DNA from: an uncultured virus (IMG/VR IMGVR_UViG_3300042997_001870)
Taxonomy: Duplodnaviria; Heunggongvirae; Uroviricota; Caudoviricetes
IMG/VR virus record: IMGVR_UViG_3300042997_001870
DNA length: 64,000 nucleotides
Strand: one strand, 5' to 3'
Of this stretch, positions 27,230 through 35,484 are shown piece by piece (within the stretch, counting starts at the first letter, position 1; the number at the start of each line of letters is the position of its first letter). The position numbers and the translations under genes are program-made. A model generated the notes under the pieces. That model did not search any database, had not been told where the DNA came from, and saw only the letters and a program-made list of their open reading frames with translations.

Positions 27230-28920
27230 ACAATACCAATATTTTTACGTGGGATTTGTGCCTTAATTTCAATATTTAGTGCTCCAAGACTTGAGTCAGA
27301 TAAACCTTCAGCATAGCTACGACCTTGGCTGTCTTTCCAACCTCCACGTAGTACTGGGAACTCATCAAGTCCAATTACAATATCATTGAAGTCATCTACT
27401 CCATAAAGTTTAGTTGAATTAGGATTGGTAATTTGATAAATTTCGTTTACTTCACCTAGAATATTAACGTTAACTGAGTCAACTGAATTTAAAGATTCAA
27501 TTACTGCGATTAGGTCACTCTTTGGAATACGGTCATATCTCTTTAACTTAATGAAGTAGTTACCAACCGCATCTGCTATATCTGATTTAATAATATCAGT
27601 TGATACATCATCGAATGCAATAATACTAACGTTTAGAATATATCTTGTAATTCTTGGGTCAGTTATCTTAACATCAGTAGAGATCATTTTAGTTCCTGAT
27701 TTCTCAATGTATTTTAATAATTCGTTCTTTTGGAATGTTGTTAACTTAAAATTGCTTAAAGCCAAATTAAAGTAGTCGGTTCCGTTATTAAACATTTGGC
27801 TAACATCTGGCACCAAGAAAAGATTAATCATTCTTGAGTCTAGCACATTACCGTTTGCATCTTGATCCAAGAATACTTTGATGGTTGAGAACATCTGCAT
27901 TTTTTGTAGCAGAACCTCATAGTTGTCTAAGTTAACTAGCGCAAAATTCTTAGAGGCTTTTGGTGCAATTAATCGGGTCAAATTTGGATCTTCTGGATCA
28001 ACTCCAAAGTTTGGAGGACTTATTGTTACAATTGAAAAATAGTCTCCCATTTTAACCTCTTCTCCAATTGGAGAAAATGCAGTGTCTAGGAAAGAAAATA
28101 CAACTTGACGAGCATCGTCAACTTTAACGTTTCCAAAAGCTCCGTCAGTATTTAAGTATTCAACTGTGATTGTTGAACCGGTTGTTGGAATTTTACCGAA
28201 TGAGCCGTTACCGAAGTAGATGTCCAATCCGTTTGTAATACCAGTTTTTGCAAGAAAGCCTTTAGCGGTTCTTGGAATATCTAATAAGGATTCGTATTTG
28301 GTCCATTTTTCACCATTAACATAAACGTTTACTGCAAAATTGTCAATATAGAAATTATTTGGAGCTCCCATTTGATAACTTTCAAATGCAATACCCTTAG
28401 CTGTGAATGACTGAGATTCAATTTGACCTTGTCTAATATTAAAGACAGCTGGCGTTTCTGCACCAGTTAGTGCAAGCCGAACGTCCTCTTGAGTAAGCTC
28501 AATTGCATAGATCAAGCCATTATTTTCGCATCTTATTCTAAAAAGATTATTTAGGATTACTTTTGCCGCTGGGGCAGTTATACCTGTTTTTCTGACAATT
28601 CGGATTTGACCAGTTGCTCCGATTGCTCGGCTTGGATTGTGACCAGCCAATGCAGCTAGCGAATATATTGAAGAAACTCGTGAAGCTTCATTGATATTTA
28701 GTTCAGTAATAGCATCCTCAATATAATAGAAGATTAACTGACTTAAGTTTTCAACAACGATCAATAATTGACCAAATGGAGACGCTGCAGTAAATACAGA
28801 TCTGCTCTGTTTGAACTTATCCTGTAAGAACTGTATACTCTCGCTAAGAATGTCTCTAACTCTTAGTCGCAGACTCGTGAAGAGTCTAAGGTTTGTATTT
28901 TGATTAGTAAGGCCTGCCAT
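27226..28920 (-). CDS. Baseplate wedge protein (T4 gp6 / baseplate J-like)
   Basis: ASRVSSIYSLAALAGHNP, IYFGNGSFGKIP, ITVEYL. Confidence 0.85.
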   Translation of the reverse strand: MAGLTNQNTNLRLFTSLRLRVRDILSESIQFLQDKFKQSRSVFTAASPFGQLLIVVENLSQLIFYYIEDAITELNINEASRVSSIYSLAALAGHNPSRAIGATGQIRIVRKTGITAPAAKVILNNLFRIRCENNGLIYAIELTQEDVRLALTGAETPAVFNIRQGQIESQSFTAKGIAFESYQMGAPNNFYIDNFAVNVYVNGEKWTKYESLLDIPRTAKGFLAKTGITNGLDIYFGNGSFGKIPTTGSTITVEYLNTDGAFGNVKVDDARQVVFSFLDTAFSPIGEEVKMGDYFSIVTISPPNFGVDPEDPNLTRLIAPKASKNFALVNLDNYEVLLQKMQMFSTIKVFLDQDANGNVLDSRMINLFLVPDVSQMFNNGTDYFNLALSNFKLTTFQKNELLKYIEKSGTKMISTDVKITDPRITRYILNVSIIAFDDVSTDIIKSDIADAVGNYFIKLKRYDRIPKSDLIAVIESLNSVDSVNVNILGEVNEIYQITNPNSTKLYGVDDFNDIVIGLDEFPVLRGGWKDSQGRSYAEGLSDSSLGALNIEIKAQIPRKNIGIV

Positions 28921-28985
28921 TTATCGGGTGACTTCTTTTAGGTTATTTATCAGCTAAGTAAAACGTTTGCGATTGCGAGCCCTTT

Positions 28986-29005
28986 TATAAATAAGTTAGT
29001 ATAAT
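28986..29005 (+). promoter_or_regulatory. Tandem promoters for tmRNA: TATAAATA and TAGTATAAT
   Basis: Exact T4 late consensus at 28986-28993; second box at 28997-29005, 10 nt before the mature 5' end. Confidence 0.65.
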
Positions 29006-29015
29006 AACATTATAT

Positions 29016-29380
29016 GGGGAAAACCGGATTTGACAGAGACTGCTCGGTTACACCTGCATGCCGAGGACGATGCTAAGACTCGTTAAAATGTATCAAACCA
29101 ATAAGTGGCAACACTAATTTCTGGAGTCTAGTTAACGCTGGCGTTAGCACTCCTGTTACTGAAGAGCTTTTAGCTGCATAAGTAACCAAGCGGCAACTGC
29201 TTGACTAACCCAAAGTTGCAAAACCAGCATGGCGTAGAGGCCAAGTCGAACCTCTACCGACTTTAGCTTTAAGTCGTTAAAGAATAAGATATTTTGTCCA
29301 ATTAGAAAAATGGACTAAGCATGTAAACGAAGGTTTAATTTGAAGTTTTTTGGACGAGGGTTCGAATCCCTCTTTCTCCA
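29016..29380 (+). ncRNA. ssrA: tmRNA (SsrA); tag (A)GNTNFWSLVNAGVSTPVTEELLAA*
   Basis: Acceptor stem GGGGAAA/TTTCTCC-A with G3.U wobble; 5' GGATTTGAC; T-arm GAGGG-TTCGAAT-CCCTC; tag ORF 29107-29181. Confidence 0.93.
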
Positions 29381-29414
29381 CGGAAACCACTCATGGAATA
29401 GTATTCCATGACCG

Positions 29415-29445
29415 ACTCGGCCAGAAATGGCCGAGTTTCTTTTTT
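29415..29445 (+). terminator. Rho-independent terminator after tmRNA
   Basis: ACTCGGCCA-GAAA-TGGCCGAGT followed by TTCTTTTTT. Confidence 0.9.
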
Positions 29446-29504
29446 ATTACAGGCCTAGACGGGGTTACCACTAATAAATACTTATAAATTAGTGTCAGTA
29501 ATCA

Positions 29505-32500
29505 ATGCCTAACGTAATAAAATACTCTACTGGATCGACTCCAGCCGGCTGCCTGAGAAAAGGTAATATGCTGATAGGAAACGGCTCTGCCGATAATGGT
29601 GTAACTTTTTATACCAGTATTGCACCAGCTCCCGGAAAATACACAATCTACCTAAATAAAGCAAGCGGCGGTCCAAGTATTTACTGCCCAACCGACGATA
29701 CCCAGTTAGTTAAGATAACTAACAATATCGCAGGGACCTCATATTCGACGGTTGCTGAGTGTTTAGCCTGGTTTGCAACTCAGACTGACAAGATTATATT
29801 TAATAATGATTATCCGTCAATTGTTACAGATGGGTTGGCTCTTGATCTAGACTTTGGATTTGTTGCATCTTACCCTACCACAAGTACCACTATCTATGAC
29901 CTATCAGGTAATGGAAATAATGGGACCTTAACTAACGGCCCAACATTTAGTTCAGCTAATAATGGCGTACTTACTCTTGACGGTAGTAATGACTATGTTA
30001 TTATTCCTAACAACAGCTCATTTAATGTTACTGACAATATTACAATTGAAATGTGGGTCAAAATAGATGCAGCCGCCCCAATTGATACGTGCCTCTTACG
30101 CAAGTACGTTAATGGTTACTTATTTTACGTTGACTCAAACAGCAAATTTGCATTCGATAGTCGAAATGGCGATGGCACATACTACCGTACAGTTGGAACC
30201 ACTAATATTAAAGATGGTGTATGGAAACATCTAGTCGCTCAAAAGAGCGGACTCTATTACAGCGTTTACGTTAACGGCAGATTGGAAGGCACACTGGTTG
30301 CAGCAACGGTTGGAGATATTTCAAGTAATGTTGATCTTTATTTAGGCACAGATACTGGCAGTTATCTGAGCGGTCAAATCAGTAATGTTAGAATATACAA
30401 TCGAACACTGAGTGCGGCTGAAATATTTCAAAATTATTCAGCAACTGCGGCAAAAATGTTTGGCGAAAAGTCAGTTACTAGCGGACTTAGACTGGGCCTT
30501 GACGCTAAGAACTTAACATCATACGGTGGAAATGGATCTACTTGGTACGATGTGAGTGGTTTTGGAAATAACGGAGCTTTAGCAAACGGCCCTATTTGGG
30601 ATTCAAATGGTTGGTTCACAGTTGACGGAGTTAATGATTATATTACAATAGCTGGAGGAACTTTAAATAATGGAAGTACTTTAGAAATGTGGTTCAAACA
30701 AACAACCAACAAACAAGTTGAATTACTAAAATACGGAACTGGGACAATTGATACTCCAGGATGCCACGCTGTTTATTATACACCTAACACACTACGTTGT
30801 TTAAACTTCATTAATGGGTCAAGAACATTTGTAAGTATAAATCATACAATTAATCTTGGAGACAGCGTGTGGAGGCAACTTTTACTATCATACACTGGTG
30901 ATCTAACTGGAGGCACAGCTTCATTATATATTAATGGACAGCTAATAACGTCAACCTCAGCAACATCCATAAATTCAAGCTTTGATGGCCCGGGGTTTAG
31001 CTCAAATTCATCTTATGCTTTTCCAGGGAACGTATCTACGTTACGGGTTTATAACCGAGGCCTTTCGGCAACTGAGGTTCTTCAAAATTACTATAAATCA
31101 AATATTGTAACAAACGGCTTGGTATTTGCGATAGACGCAAGTAACCTAGTATCATATCCTAAATCAGGAACCACCGCATATACATTGACTGGAAGTAATA
31201 CTGGTACTTTAATTAATGGAACAGGGTACAGTAACATTAATGGAGGAACTTGGATATTTGATGGGGTTGATGATGGTATTAATATTGGAACGTTAACCCC
31301 AACCGGCGGTGCGACATTTGAGGCTTGGATTAATATAACATCTGGTAATTCTAATTATGGAGCAATTTTTACTAATTGGAACAGTAGTGCTAATGCATTC
31401 TTTATTGGAACATATCCTAACTCAAATTATATTCAAGTATATTTTAATAGTAATTTAATCTTTGAGGTACTAAATCTCCCATTTAGTACATGGATATTAC
31501 TAACAGTAACGAATAATGGATCTAATGTTTTAGCTTATGTAAATGGTGTTCTTACCAATACGGCAGCCGGAACACTAGTTTCAGCGACCGGTGTAACTAG
31601 TATTGGATATGATGTTAATAGAACAAATTACCCATTTAAAGGAAATATCTCTAATGCTAAAATATATGATAGAGCACTTACTGCAGCAGAAGTCCAACAA
31701 AACTATAATGCAACTCTTCCTAACTTCCAAGATAATAATATCGTAACTGGTGGACTTGTTGCCTACGTAGATGCAGCTGACAAAGCTTCTTATCCTGGAT
31801 CAGGAAATACCTGGTATGACATAAGCGGCAGCGGAAATAATTTTACGTTTTCAGCAACACCAAATATAGTTGACGGAGTATTTAATAGTGGAGCAAGCGT
31901 TTATGCTTATCGAAATGCAATTGCAGTAGATTCATCGATTAAAGGATATACGTTAGAAGCATGTTTTAAAATAAATGCATCGACTGGCAGTAGTTGGCAG
32001 AATATTACACAAAACGGCGGAGGCGATCCAGCTAGACACATGATGTGGTACAATGGTGGAACCAATACGTTTAAAGCTTTATTCCACACACCTAACTCAT
32101 ATAACAATATTTCAGACACCTTATCTCCTGGAGTATGGTATCATCTGATCCTTTCGTATGATCCAAGTGGTGGAGGATATAATGGCCGTCGTGCATGGCT
32201 AAATGGAGTTGAAAAAGTTGTGGATGATACGGCCGCTGGCAATGCTATACCATCTGGTTATTTTACAATTGCAGTAGACAGTGACTTAACTTCAAATAAG
32301 TCAAATGTATCGTATTCATTTATGAGGTATTATAACCGGGCACTTAGTCAAGCAGAGGCTCTACGTAACTACAATGCAAGTCGAGATAAATTTCAAAAGT
32401 TAAGTCCAGTGACTGGTAATCTGATAATGAGCTGGGATGTTGCTAACCCAAATTCCTATTCAGGCAGTGGTACCACAATTTATGACTTATCTGGAAATAA

Positions 32501-33056
32501 TAATTATGGACTACTCTTAAATGGTATTACATACACAGGCCAATTTGGAGGAACTCTAGTGTGCGATCCAACTGATGAATTTGTTGTATGTGCTAATCCA
32601 CTTGATACAAACTATGTTAGTGTTGAGGTATTCTATACCAGAGCAAGCGCTGCCAACAATGTCGATGATATTGTTGTGAATAAGGAAGGAGTTTGGGAGG
32701 TTAAAGATGTCGGTGGTTCATTGGAATGGGCATTAATGACCAATAACCAGAGTTGGTTCTGGCAGCCTACTGGATTTACAATAGCAGTTGGCGAAACCGC
32801 TCATATTGTACTAACGTATGACGGTAATTCAGTTAATTTTTACAAAAACGGAGCCCTGTATTCTTATGCTTATCCATCAGGTGGAGTTTTAAGTACTGGC
32901 AGCTATCCTAAATTTAATTCTAGAGGCAGTGGCCAAACGACTTCTCAATACCCAGGAGCTCATAACTTACATGCGTTCAGAATTTATAATCGAGCTCTTA
33001 CCCAAGCTGAAGTTAATCAGAACTTTAATTCACAAAGACAGCGATTCGGAATATAA
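29505..33056 (+). CDS. Virion appendage protein with five LamG/concanavalin-A-like domains
   Basis: Five repeats of LDA..SYP.SG.TWYD.SG...RIYNRAL...EV.QNY. Confidence 0.9.
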   Translation: MPNVIKYSTGSTPAGCLRKGNMLIGNGSADNGVTFYTSIAPAPGKYTIYLNKASGGPSIYCPTDDTQLVKITNNIAGTSYSTVAECLAWFATQTDKIIFNNDYPSIVTDGLALDLDFGFVASYPTTSTTIYDLSGNGNNGTLTNGPTFSSANNGVLTLDGSNDYVIIPNNSSFNVTDNITIEMWVKIDAAAPIDTCLLRKYVNGYLFYVDSNSKFAFDSRNGDGTYYRTVGTTNIKDGVWKHLVAQKSGLYYSVYVNGRLEGTLVAATVGDISSNVDLYLGTDTGSYLSGQISNVRIYNRTLSAAEIFQNYSATAAKMFGEKSVTSGLRLGLDAKNLTSYGGNGSTWYDVSGFGNNGALANGPIWDSNGWFTVDGVNDYITIAGGTLNNGSTLEMWFKQTTNKQVELLKYGTGTIDTPGCHAVYYTPNTLRCLNFINGSRTFVSINHTINLGDSVWRQLLLSYTGDLTGGTASLYINGQLITSTSATSINSSFDGPGFSSNSSYAFPGNVSTLRVYNRGLSATEVLQNYYKSNIVTNGLVFAIDASNLVSYPKSGTTAYTLTGSNTGTLINGTGYSNINGGTWIFDGVDDGINIGTLTPTGGATFEAWINITSGNSNYGAIFTNWNSSANAFFIGTYPNSNYIQVYFNSNLIFEVLNLPFSTWILLTVTNNGSNVLAYVNGVLTNTAAGTLVSATGVTSIGYDVNRTNYPFKGNISNAKIYDRALTAAEVQQNYNATLPNFQDNNIVTGGLVAYVDAADKASYPGSGNTWYDISGSGNNFTFSATPNIVDGVFNSGASVYAYRNAIAVDSSIKGYTLEACFKINASTGSSWQNITQNGGGDPARHMMWYNGGTNTFKALFHTPNSYNNISDTLSPGVWYHLILSYDPSGGGYNGRRAWLNGVEKVVDDTAAGNAIPSGYFTIAVDSDLTSNKSNVSYSFMRYYNRALSQAEALRNYNASRDKFQKLSPVTGNLIMSWDVANPNSYSGSGTTIYDLSGNNNYGLLLNGITYTGQFGGTLVCDPTDEFVVCANPLDTNYVSVEVFYTRASAANNVDDIVVNKEGVWEVKDVGGSLEWALMTNNQSWFWQPTGFTIAVGETAHIVLTYDGNSVNFYKNGALYSYAYPSGGVLSTGSYPKFNSRGSGQTTSQYPGAHNLHAFRIYNRALTQAEVNQNFNSQRQRFGI

Positions 33057-33089
33057 TTAACCGAGCTGACGTCTTAAATAAATAACCGT

Positions 33090-33836
33090 ATGAAGACACT
33101 TAATACTGATGACATTTTCTTAAGAAATTTAACGATTGCTCTACTCGACCTATTAAACGGCGAAATGACTCTGGATCTAGCCAGAGATGACCATAAGGAA
33201 ACCTTTAATGTTCCATTTGTTTACAATTACGGAACAGACGAGGGCTTCTTAAAGGATTTCTATATTGGCCTACCTAGTGACTGCCGAATCCCAGTAGCCG
33301 AAGGTACTTATGATATTATACCAAGGGGTATTGTTACCCTGTCTAGCTTTCAGGTAAAACCTTCTGATATTACTAACAAGTTTGTTAGGGGTAGTTTTAC
33401 TGAACCTGAAAGAGGCGAAAACGATCAACAAGTTTTAACCGGTTACTCAGCTCAACTCTTTTCCCTACCACTAGCTATTAAATTTGATGTTAAGATTATT
33501 TGTGATAACTTAAATAAAGCATTTAAGATTGCAGAGAGTATGCTAAATATCAATTACGCTAATCGTGTAATGTACTTCCAATATCATGGAGTTAGAATTC
33601 CAGCCCAGTTTATGTTTCCAGCATCAGAAACGGTAGACAAAATTTACAAGTTTGCAATGACTGATAATAATAAACTCACAATATCTCTATCAATTGACGT
33701 TGAGACCTATTTCCCTAGCTTTGAGAAAACGTCTAAACGTAATAGTAAAAATGTTATGGAACGTATTAATGTTAGCCGTAGAATAGACGGTGGAAATTTA
33801 ACAGTCGGCGATGAGTGGACTGACCAAAATAGTTAA
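33090..33836 (+). CDS. Tail sheath stabiliser / tail terminator (T4 gp15-like)
   Basis: NVPFVY, IPRGIVTL, PLAIKFDVKI, DVETYFP pattern; ATAAATA box upstream. Confidence 0.6.
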   Translation: MKTLNTDDIFLRNLTIALLDLLNGEMTLDLARDDHKETFNVPFVYNYGTDEGFLKDFYIGLPSDCRIPVAEGTYDIIPRGIVTLSSFQVKPSDITNKFVRGSFTEPERGENDQQVLTGYSAQLFSLPLAIKFDVKIICDNLNKAFKIAESMLNINYANRVMYFQYHGVRIPAQFMFPASETVDKIYKFAMTDNNKLTISLSIDVETYFPSFEKTSKRNSKNVMERINVSRRIDGGNLTVGDEWTDQNS

Positions 33837-33843
33837 TTAATAA

Positions 33844-34863
33844 ATGGCAACCTCAAGAGCATTTGCATATAATACTGGAAGCGGAATTACTGGAACCGAT
33901 CAAGTTGGCAATCTTGCAATCAGTGTAGATCAATTGGACTACTCAGCCTCTCCAGGTGGAGTAACTTGGTGGGAAGGTCCAGATGAAGAGCCTGGCTATA
34001 TTATCACTAGGCCAGTTGCTGGCATGAATCAACCAACACCAGTCAGCGGAGTTACAGCAGGTGTTGCATTTAGACGATCAACTAGTTTAACCGATAGTTC
34101 ATTTATTGAATTGGCCAATAACTTTACTGGAAATGTTCATAATTTTACCAATGCTGCAACGGCTAGTGCTTGGTTAACCGCTAACGGCTATTGGAATTCA
34201 TATTCACCTCCAGTTTTACCCGCAGTTTTATCATTAGATGCAGGAAATCCTACAAGTTATCCTGGCACAGGTACTACGTGGACTGATTTAATTGGTGGAA
34301 AAGTGTTTAATTTAATTAACGGACCTGGATATGACCCAGGAAATGGTGGTAAAATTTATTTTCATGCCCCAAGCGGTCAATACGCAGACTGTTCTGCCAG
34401 CTTACCGTCTCTCTCAACATTCACAGTATCTGTGTGGATCTATTGGGATGGAGTTAATTCAGGCGGATTACCGTGTATCATTACTGAAATTTATACAGGT
34501 GGAGCTCTTAACTATATGTTAGGAGCACCTCAGGGTGTAACCGCACAAGGTGGTTATTTTAATGGAGGATTCCAAGTATCACCACAATTTACGTTAACTG
34601 CTAATGCATGGTCTCAAATTGTTCTTACTTGTGATGCCGGCCAAATAGTTAAAATTCACGTAAATAATACCTTAATTAGCACAACTCCAACTTCTGGAGT
34701 ACAGCCGTCATCGAGTAATTCAGGTATTAGATTAATGAGAAGATGGGATAATGCTGAATTCTTTGGAGGATACTTAGCTACGCTTGATATTTACAATACC
34801 GCGTTAACTGATTCTCAGGTAAATACAATCTTTAATTCAACCAAATCAAGATTCGGCCTTTAG
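33844..34863 (+). CDS. Single LamG-domain virion protein
   Basis: LDAGNPTSYPGTGTTWTDL...IYNTALTDSQV. Confidence 0.85.
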   Translation: MATSRAFAYNTGSGITGTDQVGNLAISVDQLDYSASPGGVTWWEGPDEEPGYIITRPVAGMNQPTPVSGVTAGVAFRRSTSLTDSSFIELANNFTGNVHNFTNAATASAWLTANGYWNSYSPPVLPAVLSLDAGNPTSYPGTGTTWTDLIGGKVFNLINGPGYDPGNGGKIYFHAPSGQYADCSASLPSLSTFTVSVWIYWDGVNSGGLPCIITEIYTGGALNYMLGAPQGVTAQGGYFNGGFQVSPQFTLTANAWSQIVLTCDAGQIVKIHVNNTLISTTPTSGVQPSSSNSGIRLMRRWDNAEFFGGYLATLDIYNTALTDSQVNTIFNSTKSRFGL

Positions 34864-35474
34864 TCGAAATCTAATTCCAAATCAAAATTGTAGTACTTAA
34901 AAGTTGCAGTAAAAGTTGTGAACTGTGGTGTAATCGAAGAGTAAGATAGGTTCATTTCACTTAATGAAGTTAGCATTGGCCTATTGAAAATAATGGACGA
35001 TACTGCATAACCTTCGTTATTAAGTAGAGTTACACGAAGCGGCTGAAAAAACGGATGATTACTATTTGCTTGAGCAGGTACTGATAGCGCCTGACCCAAT
35101 GATGCTCCAGTATTATCTGGATTTACATTAGCTGGTTCCAAATAGTTAAGCGCATTATCCAAGAACACAAAATAGTTTAGGTAAGCATCAGTCAATTTAA
35201 AAGTTACCTTAACGTCTCTAGTAAATTGGTCAGCAATTGGTTTTGCACTTTGCAATTCTTGAGTCTTGCCTAATACTCTGGTCTGAGTAGGTAGAGTTGA
35301 AGCAAATCCTGGAAAATTAATGCTTTGCACAGTAGATGCCATGAAGTCAGAAAGTGACTTGTATGGAAGCAATAAGCTTCTATAATATTTTTCATACTTC
35401 GTTTGTACCGCTTGATTGAAAAAATCAGCTGGAAAGTTTATGAAAAAGCTGTTCTGTCTAGAATTAAGTATCAT
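34860..35474 (-). CDS. Tail tube-fold / tail completion protein (gp19/gp3-like)
   Basis: VQSINFPG...SLSEMNLSY...FTATFKY. Confidence 0.55.
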   Translation of the reverse strand: MILNSRQNSFFINFPADFFNQAVQTKYEKYYRSLLLPYKSLSDFMASTVQSINFPGFASTLPTQTRVLGKTQELQSAKPIADQFTRDVKVTFKLTDAYLNYFVFLDNALNYLEPANVNPDNTGASLGQALSVPAQANSNHPFFQPLRVTLLNNEGYAVSSIIFNRPMLTSLSEMNLSYSSITPQFTTFTATFKYYNFDLELDFD

Positions 35475-35484
35475 ATAGAATTAT

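Noticed and set aside
29351..29380. Stand-alone tRNA gene
   Set aside because: The T-arm and acceptor half pair with 29016-29022 as part of the tmRNA; there is no anticodon arm
29505..34863. DGR target or invertible tail-fibre cassette for the LamG genes
   Set aside because: No reverse transcriptase, TR/VR repeat pair, invertase or flanking inverted repeats were seen in the window
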